A stretch of DNA of 64,000 nucleotides, from positions 303,441 through 367,440 of the forward strand of contig CAVWAQ010000001.1 of the NCBI GenBank assembly GCA_963753065.1, read 5' to 3'. The position numbers and the translations under genes are program-made. Positions 10,579-20,423 of the stretch are shown here, in pieces (position 1 is the stretch's first letter; each line of letters begins with the position of its first letter). The notes under the pieces are model-generated. The model was not told where the DNA came from, made no database searches, and saw only the letters and a program-made list of their open reading frames with translations. The stretch is from Candidatus Bathyarchaeota archaeon (lineage in GTDB: Archaea > Thermoproteota > Bathyarchaeia > 40CM-2-53-6).

Positions 10579-12591
10579 GTGAGCGAAGCCACGTTGAGTA
10601 GGCACACGTCTACCGATTCCTCGGTTCGCCACATCCTCCGACAGGTCCAGCAAGGACAGACATTAGCGGCTGCCGATCATCTGCTTGTGCGTGGACGGCG
10701 AAGCGATTCTGCCGCCGTCGTAGAGCGCCTGATGAGCCAACTGCCTGGTTTTCTGACAAGGCACAGCGGTTCGGAGAGAGACGTTTTCACGACACTAATC
10801 CGAATCGGACTCAATCTGGTAGGGCAAGATGCGAAAGTGGCTCAAGTGCTGCCACGGGCAGCTCAAAAGGCATTGTCAAGTCTGAGGACGAACGCTTTGG
10901 CTCTCGAAGATTCCTGGACAGAATTTGCAAGAGACGCCACCAACAACTACCTCGCGGACATGGCAAGCGTCAATGCAGGAGACAGTCTGCCCGGTTACAT
11001 GGCCGAGAGCATCCGCAGCCATCTCGGAACCGATCTCAGACCCTCACATTTCATCGATGCATTTGCGCAGGTCGCACGCGATACGGTTTACTGGAAGATG
11101 GTCAATGGGAAATTCTGCAAATTCGGGAACGATTACGCTCGCGGCCTAGAAACGTTGAGGCATCTCGGGTTCTCTCAGGTCTCTACGAATCCTGTGCTGG
11201 CAGCGAAAGCCTTTGAAGAAGACCCAGGATTGGTCAAGAAACTGCGGAAAGAGATCAGCGAGAACTCGAGTTGGAAACAAGACCCACAGAAATACGCACA
11301 CGAGATTGTGATGGCTGGGACGCTTCTTGCCCTATGGCCGAACCTCGAGGTCTTCAGACCACTAGCGTGCCTCGTAAACAACTGGGACTACATGATCAGT
11401 TTCCAGTTGAACCCGAACGTCGCCGACGATGCCAAAGCAAGTCTTGACGACGCAAGACGAGCATACAAGCTAGTTCAGCGTCATCTTGTCATCTATGACA
11501 GATGTTTGGGCATTCCGAACCCAGGCAGGATGCGTCCGAACCTCGTTTTCAAAGTCGCCGGAAGCTCAAGAGCTGCGAGAGAGGTCACGCGAGCACTCAA
11601 TGCAGCTGGAATAGGCACTAACAACACGGTCACGTACACCGTGACACAGGAGGTACAGTTGATCATCGATGCTTTGGAGGGCAAATCTAGAGCTGTGAAA
11701 TCTGGAAAACCTATCACCCGGACCTACGAGACAAACATGGGTGGACGATTCGTAAGTCATCTTCGCGAGGTTGAAGCAGAGAGAATCCTTCTTGATATTG
11801 TGCGCCGAATCGGCGAAGAAAAGGCGAATGAGCTTCTACTGCAACTCGCGAAACAGCTCGGTCTCTCGGACCAAGACAGTGGCCGCCTACAGAGCGCCCC
11901 CAATGTTGCTCAGAAGGTCAAGATCGCCTGTGCCTTCAAGAATCTGAAAACGCTCGCTCACGAGGCCTTCATGACTGTCGCAACTAAAGGAGACATGAGC
12001 CGAGCTGAGATTGAACAACTCGAAGCAGACCTCAAGAAGGCTGGCACGCTCGTCGCAAAGAGAGTCTACTGGGTCTTCTATGACAGGAAGAACCATGACA
12101 GGTGGGTGCTTTGGCTCCAGCGGCAACACAAGATAAGCCGCCGAGACGCGATCACCGTCCTCGACTCTATGGATGTGCTTCCTGCATCCAAACGAGTCCC
12201 TGAGGATACGTACGACACGCTAGGCTCTCCCAACATGTGCAACACCGAGTTTCCCAATCACGCAAGAGCAGTGCAGCTCTACTCCGAGCGTGACAACTTC
12301 GACCTGAATTCCTTCAGGAACGCGGTAACATCAGCTCCTGACCAAGAGGTGGTCAAACGACTGATGAGTATCGATGATTTCGTTCGAGGATACGATTCGA
12401 CAAAGGCAATCTCGACAGAATTGGTCCGCGTCGGAGTCCTGTCTGATGAACAGGAACTGGGTCTTCGAGGGGTCCCGGAAGATGAATGGCAGGGTTTTGG
12501 AGCAGTCCAGAAGACAATGGCTGAATTCAAAGACGCATATGAGAGATTCCTCGCACGCTGCGTAGATCTCGCCAGCACGGAATTCGGGTAG
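10579..12591 (+). CDS. transaldolase-fold protein with long N- and C-terminal extensions (function unknown)
   Basis: The central region carries transaldolase-like motifs in the canonical order: GFSQVSTNP (cf. GVTTNP), ISFQLNP, NLVFKVAGS (Schiff-base Lys position), GIGTNNTVTYTVTQ, TNMGGRF. At 670 aa it is about 3 times a minimal transaldolase. Confidence 0.55.
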   Translation: MSEATLSRHTSTDSSVRHILRQVQQGQTLAAADHLLVRGRRSDSAAVVERLMSQLPGFLTRHSGSERDVFTTLIRIGLNLVGQDAKVAQVLPRAAQKALSSLRTNALALEDSWTEFARDATNNYLADMASVNAGDSLPGYMAESIRSHLGTDLRPSHFIDAFAQVARDTVYWKMVNGKFCKFGNDYARGLETLRHLGFSQVSTNPVLAAKAFEEDPGLVKKLRKEISENSSWKQDPQKYAHEIVMAGTLLALWPNLEVFRPLACLVNNWDYMISFQLNPNVADDAKASLDDARRAYKLVQRHLVIYDRCLGIPNPGRMRPNLVFKVAGSSRAAREVTRALNAAGIGTNNTVTYTVTQEVQLIIDALEGKSRAVKSGKPITRTYETNMGGRFVSHLREVEAERILLDIVRRIGEEKANELLLQLAKQLGLSDQDSGRLQSAPNVAQKVKIACAFKNLKTLAHEAFMTVATKGDMSRAEIEQLEADLKKAGTLVAKRVYWVFYDRKNHDRWVLWLQRQHKISRRDAITVLDSMDVLPASKRVPEDTYDTLGSPNMCNTEFPNHARAVQLYSERDNFDLNSFRNAVTSAPDQEVVKRLMSIDDFVRGYDSTKAISTELVRVGVLSDEQELGLRGVPEDEWQGFGAVQKTMAEFKDAYERFLARCVDLASTEFG

Positions 12592-12634
12592 CTGATGACA
12601 AGCTTCATTTTCTGTCGAGATTCACTTCTTCCTG

Positions 12635-13030
12635 ATGATCGAGATGGAAAAGCGCATTAGAATAACAACCACAGCAACGGGCGCCTTGGAAGCCGTTATG
12701 ACCTCTGAGAATCCTAAGACTGCAGAGGCGATCTGGACGGCGCTTCCAATCAAAGGTAACGCAAACACATGGGGAGACGAAATCTACTTCTCAACCCCAC
12801 TGGGTCTCAAGGAAGAGAAAGCGAGGGCTGAGGTCGAAGTTGGCAGCATTGCGTATTGGCCGCCGGGCAAGGCTCTATGCATCTTCTTCGGAGCAACCCC
12901 GGTTAGTCAGCACGGCGAGCCGCGAGCATACAGCCCCGTCAACGTTTTTGCCAAAATCACCACCAATTCGGCGGCCTTCAAGAAAGTCCGCGACGGCGAT
13001 CAAGTGACCGTAGAAAAGGTCGAAAGCTGA
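12635..13030 (+). CDS. cyclophilin-like fold protein (DUF3830-type)
   Basis: 131 aa. NPKTAEAIWTALPIKGNANTWGDEIYF...IAYWPPGKALCIFFG matches the cyclophilin-like superfamily small proteins as I remember them. Confidence 0.5.
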   Translation: MIEMEKRIRITTTATGALEAVMTSENPKTAEAIWTALPIKGNANTWGDEIYFSTPLGLKEEKARAEVEVGSIAYWPPGKALCIFFGATPVSQHGEPRAYSPVNVFAKITTNSAAFKKVRDGDQVTVEKVES

Positions 13031-13046
13031 GGTTGTGTGAGGCCAA

Positions 13047-14097
13047 TTGACCTGCTATCATGCAACTCTAGACTGGACTTATCGCGGAATGCGAACGCTG
13101 ATCCTTGAAAATCGTTATCTACGGCTCGTCTCACTTCTCGACAAAGGATCAGACATCTCGGAGTTAACCTACAAGCCGCTCGACCTTGACCTGTTGTTCC
13201 ACGCACCGACCGGCTACAGGAAACCCGGAAGCATCATCGGAACCTGCAAGAGATCTGAAGGCGAATTCATGGAATACTACGGAGGGGGCTGGCAGGACAT
13301 ACTTCCGTTTGCAGGCAACGAACCGGTCAAGCACAGGTTCGGCGAGTGGGGTATGCACGGCGAGACCCCGCTTCTTCCTTGGAACGCAGTGATCGAGAAA
13401 GACTCCCCTTCTGAGGCGACCGCAAGGCTCTCCGTCGATGTTCCCCGATATCCATTCCATCTAGACAAGTGGATCACAATCAATGACAGAGCAGCGACAA
13501 TCTCGCTACGAGAGAGATTGACGAATACTAGCGATCAGACGCTCGAGTACTGTTGGGTCCAGCATCCTGCTCTCGGTAGCCCATTCGTGGGCCCAGGCAC
13601 AAGGATAACCGTCCCCGCTGAGACAGTCGTGATGGACAAGGCAGAGCCATGGGGTCGCCTCAAAGCGGAAACGACCTACAGATGGCCATACGTGGAGGAC
13701 AAAGCGGGAAACAAGGTCGATCTGAGCATACTGCCAGCGGACAATGTGGTTGCTGACGAGACAGCCTTCATCACGAACATCAAGGAACCATGGTATACCG
13801 TCGTGAATCCGAATCTAAAAGCTCGGGTTCGCGCTCAGATGGGACCTATCCGTATTTCCAGGTCTCTGGTTCTGGCAGAGCTACCGAATTCCGGATCACC
13901 CATGGTTCGGAAAGGCGTACTGTATCGCGCTGGAACCATGCTCCGGCCACCTCACAGCCTACGAGCAGCTGAAAAGGGGAACCATCAAGAAACTCGAAGG
14001 CAATGCATCCCTCGAGAGCCAGCTGACCGCCACAGTGTTCCCCGGAATTGAGAAAGTGAAGACTGTCAACCCGGACGGAACTGTCGTTCCGTCTTAG
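13047..14097 (+). pseudogene. DUF4432 / aldose-1-epimerase-like protein, frame shift at the A4 run 13817-13820
   Basis: After ...VVNPNLK the listed ORF turns into low-complexity nonsense. My hand translation of the +1 frame from 13819 to the TAG at 14095-14097 gives LGFALRWDLSVFPGLWFWQSYRIPDHPWFGKAYCIALEPCSGH..., a credible family C-terminus. Confidence 0.65.
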
Positions 14098-14163
14098 GCG
14101 GTCTGAGCCAATTGTTACAGTGATGTATACAGCAAACGGTCCTGATGCGCGTATTGCACTGTA

Positions 14164-14532
14164 GTGGTGAATGCCATCAGATCGTTGGGCTTTGGAAAAC
14201 CGAATGGTTTAGAATCTCCTTCCCACCAACTTGGATATGTGATTAGGATGGCTCTTGTAATCTTAGGTGCGCTTGGCGGCGCAGCTCTTGGCGGATTCGG
14301 TGGGTTGGCTCTTGGCGGATTGACTGGGGCAGCAATAGGAGGACTTGCCGGGGCCGCGGTCGGTGGCGCAGTAGGTATGGCTGCTATCCTACCCGTGGTA
14401 CTACTATCATTACTGGTCTCCCTATTACCAACGAAACAGTACTATCAGCCGTACTATCCGGTCATGGCCCCACGCATGTACCCACAGTACCCGATGCAAT
14501 GGGTACCAGCGCCTGCCTTCGGATACTGGTAG
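14164..14532 (+). CDS. small membrane protein with a Gly/Ala zipper and a Pro/Tyr/Gln-rich tail
   Basis: 122 aa. GGAALGGFGGLALGGLTGAAIGGLAGAAVGGAVG is followed by a TM stretch and QYYQPYYPVMAPRMYPQYPMQWVPAPAFGYW. No family assigned. Confidence 0.35.
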   Translation: MVNAIRSLGFGKPNGLESPSHQLGYVIRMALVILGALGGAALGGFGGLALGGLTGAAIGGLAGAAVGGAVGMAAILPVVLLSLLVSLLPTKQYYQPYYPVMAPRMYPQYPMQWVPAPAFGYW

Positions 14533-14635
14533 ACATAGCGCGGAGATTCGTGCTGACTCGACTGAATGCGCTAGGTTAGATCTTGAAGAATTACTGAACC
14601 AGTGTGAGGGATGCTTAGCTTCGGGAACGCAAGGT

Positions 14636-15073
14636 CTAGAGTAGGGACTGCCTTCTGGACCAGACATACCAGATTATGATAGGGCCTAGAGTCAGTGTTA
14701 ATATGTTAATCGCGATTTCGACGGCGACGTCTGTGCCTGCGGGCGAGGATAGTCTTCCATAGATTCCGTTGAGGATATCGTAGAGGACATCCATCAGTCC
14801 AAGGTAGATCGAGGCGCTTCCGCCAAGCAAGGCGAAGAGAACTCCCCATGACTTGCGTGTTAAGAGTCCTATCGCACCAACAAGTGCAGTGATCGCGAGC
14901 CACGCATCTGCGGCGGGGAAAGCGGTCTCGAAGGTCATGTAGCAAGGGACGCCGGAAAGTGCCGGTGCGCCAGAGAAAAAGAGGATCCAGTATATCGCGA
15001 CCATTACGGCTGCAAATAGTAGGATCCCCGCTATCAGCGGCACACTCTTCGGTCTAGCAGCATGCTTCGCCAT
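14636..15073 (-). CDS. integral membrane protein, hypothetical
   Basis: 145 aa with about 4 hydrophobic spans. The start abuts the stop of the upstream SCP2-like ORF. Confidence 0.45.
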   Translation of the reverse strand: MAKHAARPKSVPLIAGILLFAAVMVAIYWILFFSGAPALSGVPCYMTFETAFPAADAWLAITALVGAIGLLTRKSWGVLFALLGGSASIYLGLMDVLYDILNGIYGRLSSPAGTDVAVEIAINILTLTLGPIIIWYVWSRRQSLL

Positions 15074-15352
15074 TCAAGGTCCACCTTTGATAGATGAAGA
15101 CACATAGGCTCCCTCAAACTCGGTTGGGATTGTCCTAAGGATCTCCAGCCATCTCATGGTTGAATCGGAACTCTGAAGTATCCTGAGAAAGTTTCCACGG
15201 ACCTTCAGTTTCCTCGTGACAAAGGCCTTGCTTGCTCCTAACTTGCGAGCAATATCTTTGCCGCAGAATACCTGTTCACTATTCAGCATCAGCGTTTCTC
15301 TCTTCATTACCTCGTTCATGTACTCCATACTGCCAAACTTAGGCAACCACAA
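15074..15352 (-). CDS. SCP2-like protein, internally shortened paralog of 15371..15817
   Basis: It shares both ends with its neighbour (EYMNEVMKR...; LGASKAFVTRKLKVRGNFLRIL...RWLEILRTIPTEFEG) but lacks about 55 central residues. Confidence 0.45.
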   Translation of the reverse strand: MWLPKFGSMEYMNEVMKRETLMLNSEQVFCGKDIARKLGASKAFVTRKLKVRGNFLRILQSSDSTMRWLEILRTIPTEFEGAYVSSSIKGGP

Positions 15353-15370
15353 TCAACCTCGTGCGTCTGC

Positions 15371-15817
15371 TTATGTTCCCTTGATGTTGAACTGCGAGTA
15401 CTGTCCTTCGAATTCCGTTGGGAGTGTCTTGAGAATCTCTACCCAGCGAAGGACGCCGTCAGAGTACTTCAGGAGTTTCATGAAGTTACCTTTGACCTTT
15501 AGCTTTCGAGTCATCAGCGCCTTGTTCGCTCCGAGCTTCCCCGTTAGGATCTCAACCCATGTCCCGTAGGGCGCAGATATGCGAAACGTCGCCTCCTTTT
15601 CCATGGGGTAAACCTCGACGATTTTTCCATCTTCAAGCCTGTAGCAGAGAGTAAGTGCTTGGGCGACTCCTTTCTCAGGCTCGGCGTCAAGCACGAGCGT
15701 GTAGATCTCGTTCTCACCTTTGGAGAGCTCAAGGTACTTTGCATCAGAATTCGTTCTCTTCAGAACTTCCTGCATATACTCCGGGGTACCGAGTTTCAAG
15801 AAGACCCACCTCGGCAT
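15371..15817 (-). CDS. SCP2 sterol-carrier-like domain protein
   Basis: 148 aa. The C-terminal GKLGANKALMTRKLKVKGNFMKLLK resembles the SCP2 motif (Gkl..A.m.Gkl.i.Gd). Confidence 0.55.
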   Translation of the reverse strand: MPRWVFLKLGTPEYMQEVLKRTNSDAKYLELSKGENEIYTLVLDAEPEKGVAQALTLCYRLEDGKIVEVYPMEKEATFRISAPYGTWVEILTGKLGANKALMTRKLKVKGNFMKLLKYSDGVLRWVEILKTLPTEFEGQYSQFNIKGT

Positions 15818-16059
15818 CTAATTGATCTTGGCTATGATCTTAACAGCTTCGGTGGGGCTTCGCCAACACATGTGCACACATCAGAGACTTGACATCGACA
15901 CGTTTCTTGATCAAGACTCCGTTCGGATCTGGCTTGGGTTTCGGGACATCAGCGATGTCTATCTTACGCATTCCACGGAAAACAGCGGATTCCCTCGGAC
16001 CTGATTAGTGCCTTGACAAGAGTTAATTTCTTCGATGCTGAGACCTCGCTCGGCAGGTC

Positions 16060-18081
16060 TTGATCCTCTTGACAGCTGACCCTAGCTCTGAGATGCAGGT
16101 TGGGCTCTACCGTGTGATGACGAGGATACGTCTTTTCGAGGAATCCATCGGGGGAACATATATCGACGAGATGGCTGAAGGCAGGAGCCTGCTCGGCGAG
16201 CTTCACCTGTCTACCGGACAGGAAGCAGTCGCTGCAGGGGTATCTGCTCATCTTCGAAGAGAGGACAGTGTGACTAGCTACTATCGCGGGCATGGCCACG
16301 CAATAGCGAAGGGCGTCGACATTGGAAAGATAGCCGCCGAAATCCTCGGGAGAGAAACCGGACTATGCAGGGGAAAAGGAGGTCACATGCACCTCTTCGA
16401 TTCATCAAACAACTTCTCCACCACTGGAATAGTTGGTGCTCAACTTCCGCTCGGACTTGGGCCTGCATTGGCCTTCAAGACTCTTGGAAAGGAGTTGGTT
16501 TCCACTATCTTCTTCGGGGATGGCGCAGCAAATCAAGGGACGTTCCACGAGTCCATGAACCTTGCGTCCGTTTGGAAGCTCCCAGTCGTCTTCGTCTGTG
16601 AGGATAATGCTTGGGCCATGTCGGTTCCAAAGTCAGCGAGCACTTCTGTGCAAGATAACGCCCAGCGGGCTGCGAGCTACAATATGCCAGGCGTCATAGT
16701 GGACGGAAACGATGTTCTCGACATCTGGAAAGTTGGGCGTGATGCAGTTGCTCGCGCAAGATCAGGCAAGGGACCTACTTTGCTCGACTGTAAGACCTAC
16801 CGGTTCCGAGGGCACATAGAGGGAGACCAGCAGATCTACCGCTCCAAAGAGGAGGCGGAGGCGTGGCTCAGTAAGGATCCGATCGCGAGAATGAAGGAGC
16901 ATTTCCTCGCAGGAGGCGTACTAGCTCAGTCCGAGCTTGATCGCATCGACGCAGAGGAGAAAGAGAAAGTCCGCAGCGCGCTCGAGTTTGCTAGGAGATC
17001 CCCTTGGCCTAGGCCGGAGGAGTCCGTGGATTCGGTATTCGAAAGAGCATCTGAACCAAGTGAGCCCTTGATTGAACCGGGGGCTCGAGAGATCACGTTC
17101 GGTGAGGCCATTACAGAGGCGATGAGGCAGGAGATGGAACGTGACAGTCGAGTCATTCTTCTCGGTGAAGATGTCAGGGTCGGCTTGGGAGGCGGAGCTT
17201 TCGGGTGCTCGACGGGCCTCCATGAGCAATTCGGGGATCAGAGGGTTCTTGACACGCCCATTTCGGAATCAGCCTTCATTGGAGCTTCGATTGGTTCAGC
17301 ATCCGTAGGCCTGAGGCCAATAGTGGAGCTTCAATTCATAGACTTCTTCGGAGTTGCTATGGATCAGATCTACAACCAGATGGCGAAGATCCACTACATG
17401 TCAGCGGGAGGGTTCAAAGTTCCGCTTGTCCTCCGCGCCGCCATGGGGGGAGGCTACGGAGACGCTGCTCAGGGTTCCCAGTGTCTCTACTCGATCTTCG
17501 CGCACGTCCCAGGGCTCAAAGTCGCGGTTCCATCTTCGCCTTACGATGCCAAGGGCATGCTAATCAGAGCAATTCGCTGTGACGACCCAGTCTTGTTCCT
17601 AGAGCACAAGCTTCTGTACAATGTCCCATTCCTTCCGTTCGGAGTAAGCGGCCCGGTTCCCGAGCAGGAATACGAAATTCCATTCGGCAAGGCTGTCAAG
17701 CGGCGTTCAGGCAAAGATGTGACGGTCGTTGCCGTGGCACTCATGGTGCACAAATCGCTTGCTGCAGCAGAAAGGCTCGCAAAGGAAGGAATCGACGTGG
17801 AGATAATCGACCTGCGCACAATTGTTCCACTAGATAGGGAATCGATTCTTGAATCAGTCGCAAAGACTGGGCGCCTCCTTGTAGTTGACGAGGATTATCT
17901 CAGCTTCGGACTATCAGGTGAGATTGTCGCGCTGACGTGCGAGCGTCTGGAGGGAAAGCTGAAGCGGCCACCGCAGAGAATTGCGGTCCCGGACGTCCCG
18001 ATACCAGCGAGTTGGCCAATGGAGCAGTATGTCATACCAAGTGAGGAAAGGATCTATCGCTCGATCCAATCCTTGATATGA
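16060..18081 (+). CDS. 2-oxoacid (pyruvate/acetoin-type) dehydrogenase E1 component, fused alpha-beta subunits
   Basis: The N-terminal half has the E1-alpha ThDP motifs (YRGHGHAIAKG, FFGDGAANQGTFHESMNLASVWKLPVVFVCEDN). The C-terminal half is E1-beta (ITFGEAITEAMRQEMERD...DTPISESAF...). The linker is about 14 aa. The start may be the ATG at 16093. Confidence 0.8.
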   Translation: MILLTADPSSEMQVGLYRVMTRIRLFEESIGGTYIDEMAEGRSLLGELHLSTGQEAVAAGVSAHLRREDSVTSYYRGHGHAIAKGVDIGKIAAEILGRETGLCRGKGGHMHLFDSSNNFSTTGIVGAQLPLGLGPALAFKTLGKELVSTIFFGDGAANQGTFHESMNLASVWKLPVVFVCEDNAWAMSVPKSASTSVQDNAQRAASYNMPGVIVDGNDVLDIWKVGRDAVARARSGKGPTLLDCKTYRFRGHIEGDQQIYRSKEEAEAWLSKDPIARMKEHFLAGGVLAQSELDRIDAEEKEKVRSALEFARRSPWPRPEESVDSVFERASEPSEPLIEPGAREITFGEAITEAMRQEMERDSRVILLGEDVRVGLGGGAFGCSTGLHEQFGDQRVLDTPISESAFIGASIGSASVGLRPIVELQFIDFFGVAMDQIYNQMAKIHYMSAGGFKVPLVLRAAMGGGYGDAAQGSQCLYSIFAHVPGLKVAVPSSPYDAKGMLIRAIRCDDPVLFLEHKLLYNVPFLPFGVSGPVPEQEYEIPFGKAVKRRSGKDVTVVAVALMVHKSLAAAERLAKEGIDVEIIDLRTIVPLDRESILESVAKTGRLLVVDEDYLSFGLSGEIVALTCERLEGKLKRPPQRIAVPDVPIPASWPMEQYVIPSEERIYRSIQSLI

Positions 18082-18410
18082 TGGTCTCTTAAGCTCGGAA
18101 TGACTGGCATGGGGCGTCTTCAAGAGACCTCAGGAGCTCCTGTCAAAGGAGCCGAGATAGGCAAACCCTCTAAGTAATGTTGGCCAAACCTCCGGGGTAG
18201 TATTCCGGGCACAGATAACCCGAAAGATGTCGGTGCCGCAATTGGTCCAGTGAAGTCTCTAGACTTCCTCCATGATCTGCTCATGGTGACTCTGGTGCTG
18301 GGCAGGTCGAATGTTTTCACTTGGAAGGATCCAGACACGTCGTAAACCGAAACTCCTATGAGCCCGCAAAGTCGGGTTTGACGGTCCAAACGCAGGATCG
18401 TGGTAAGGTC

Positions 18411-19043
18411 TTGAGTCAAGACGAAGGTCTTAAACAGGAAATAGTGAGGATTACCTCGTTACTATACGACAGGGGCCTGATAACCGCCGTCGGCGGCAAT
18501 GTGAGCGCCAGAACAGCCGGAGCCAAAGAATTCTGGATCACGCCAAGCAACCTCTTCAAGAAGGACGTGAGACCAGACGACCTAGTGAAATGCGATCTAC
18601 AGGCCAAAGTCGTCAAAGGACTCATGAAACCCTCGATCGAAACACCGTTCCACGCAGCCATCTTCCGGCGCCGGGAAGACGTTAACGCGGTAGTGCATGC
18701 CCACAACCCTATCGCGACCGCGCTCGGCGTCGCAGGTGTGAAGATCGAGCCCGTCACCATGGAAGGAGCCTTGTTTCTTGGAGAGGTGCCTATCGTACCT
18801 TTCAAGAATCCAGGAACGAACGCCCTGGCGGATGCCATTGCGGAGCATATCGTAGGTCACCGGGCTCTGATTCTGAAGAATCACGGGGTCATAGGAGTCG
18901 GCTACGAGCTCATCGAAGCCATGTCCGCTGTGGAAATCCTGGAGGAAGCAGCAACGATCATGTATGTCTCGAAGATATTCGGAAAGACGACGACAATTCC
19001 AAGTGAAGAGATAGAAGCAATCAAGAAACTCTACAAGATCTGA
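18411..19043 (+). CDS. class II aldolase/adducin-family protein (fuculose-1-P aldolase / MTRu-1-P dehydratase-like)
   Basis: GGNVSAR, FWITPSN and VVHAHNP (His metal ligands). The ORF track starts at 18321. The in-frame TTG at 18411 gives a family-typical N-terminus. Confidence 0.75.
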   Translation: MSQDEGLKQEIVRITSLLYDRGLITAVGGNVSARTAGAKEFWITPSNLFKKDVRPDDLVKCDLQAKVVKGLMKPSIETPFHAAIFRRREDVNAVVHAHNPIATALGVAGVKIEPVTMEGALFLGEVPIVPFKNPGTNALADAIAEHIVGHRALILKNHGVIGVGYELIEAMSAVEILEEAATIMYVSKIFGKTTTIPSEEIEAIKKLYKI

Positions 19044-19206
19044 GGCGCAGCCATGACATTTGGATACGTTGGCAAACTGCTTAGAGTCGGCGAGTCAAGA
19101 GAGAGACAAGCGTAGAGAGAGAAGCGTAGACAAGCGTACACGCGGGGTAAGAAAGCGCTGTAATCCGACAAGGGATATTCCTTCCCATCAGACGAGAGCT
19201 GATGCG

Positions 19207-19461
19207 CTAGCGTTTCCAGGGGGAAGAAGCCTGATCGATCGCAGCAAACTCCTCGTGCCTCAGTTCCCAGCTGAGCGTGTCGGCGTCTTCTAGCGCGTGG
19301 AGCTTATTGGTGGTACCAGGGATAGGAATCACGTGTTCATCTCTCCGCAGAAGCCGGTTAGCCAACTGATAACACCTTTTTTTGTGACTATTTTCGTGGA
19401 ATGCAACTGTATGCGACTTTGGATCTCGGAGAAGCTCGCAAGGAATTCTGTCTAGCCACAC
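19207..19461 (-). pseudogene. C-terminal remnant of an aldo/keto reductase
   Basis: QLANRLLRRDEHVIPIPGTTNKLHALEDADTLSWELRHEEFAAIDQ matches the AKR C-terminal consensus (ALAWLL...vIPIPGt..HLeEN...L..eE...id). The N-terminal roughly 250 aa are absent, and the upstream space is occupied by the next gene. Confidence 0.45.
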
Positions 19462-20411
19462 GTGAAAAGATGGCTCTTTATGTCATCTTTGCCGAGATTC
19501 ACGATGCAGCCGTGGAGGATGCCCTCCCCATATTCACTTCCGGGATTAATGCAGAGAGTACGCCCTATTTTCTCCAGCCCTCGTGACTCATGTATATGCC
19601 CATGAAGACCTAACAACGGCTGATACTTCTCGATTGCAGCGCGAACAGCGGTGCTGCCAGCAGGAGCGATGACAACTCCGCCACCAGACATGACTGGTCG
19701 CAATTTCTCATCTACCTTGGGAGCTGCGTCCAGCATCGTTCCGTAGGGTGGACAGTGAAAGTTGAATATGGCTGACTTCATGTTCTTGACCTTACTGGCC
19801 ATGTCCTCGATCTTTCGGGCCAATTCATCTTCAGGGATATCTCTCTCTGCGTGCCATGGAGTGATGTTGGTAAATCCAGTGCTAATCATCTCGTGCTCAT
19901 CGTCTATCATGACGACTTTACCTTCAGGGTTCACGATACTTTCGGAACCAGTGACGTTTAGTGGCTCATCGATTACAAAATCGTCGTCGTTCCCAGGGAG
20001 CATGAACAGTCTGACTTTCCTCCCTCTAAGTGCCTCCGCTGCGAAACTGACCCACCTCTTCATAGTCTCTGGGATTAGCTGTTTGAATACTCTGGCCTGC
20101 ATCTCTTCGCTGGCTCTAAAATTCTCCATCTCGCTAGGCGTACAATGCCACTCATACCAACCGTTCATCCTGATCTTATCAACTAGTTTCGTGACTTCCT
20201 CTTTGCTTCGCAGCTCGTAGGCCTTGTCGTAGAAACTCGACTTGAAGCTCCCATCAGATTGTTGCACGATGGGCACGATTCCCTTTCCCGTAAGATCACC
20301 GCAGACGGTTATTACATCCGGTTTGTACATTTCCACGCACTTGACGACTTTGCGAAAGCACATTTCGGAGCCGTGAAGGTCCGCTACGTGAAGCAACCGC
20401 GTAAGTTTCAT
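19452..20411 (-). CDS. metallophosphoesterase (calcineurin-like)
   Basis: LHVADLHGS, CGDLTGKG, LPGNDDD and GLHGHIHES form the classic D-x-H / GD / GNH(D/E) / GH motif series. Confidence 0.75.
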   Translation of the reverse strand: MKLTRLLHVADLHGSEMCFRKVVKCVEMYKPDVITVCGDLTGKGIVPIVQQSDGSFKSSFYDKAYELRSKEEVTKLVDKIRMNGWYEWHCTPSEMENFRASEEMQARVFKQLIPETMKRWVSFAAEALRGRKVRLFMLPGNDDDFVIDEPLNVTGSESIVNPEGKVVMIDDEHEMISTGFTNITPWHAERDIPEDELARKIEDMASKVKNMKSAIFNFHCPPYGTMLDAAPKVDEKLRPVMSGGGVVIAPAGSTAVRAAIEKYQPLLGLHGHIHESRGLEKIGRTLCINPGSEYGEGILHGCIVNLGKDDIKSHLFTCG

Positions 20412-20423
20412 CCTGACTCATCC

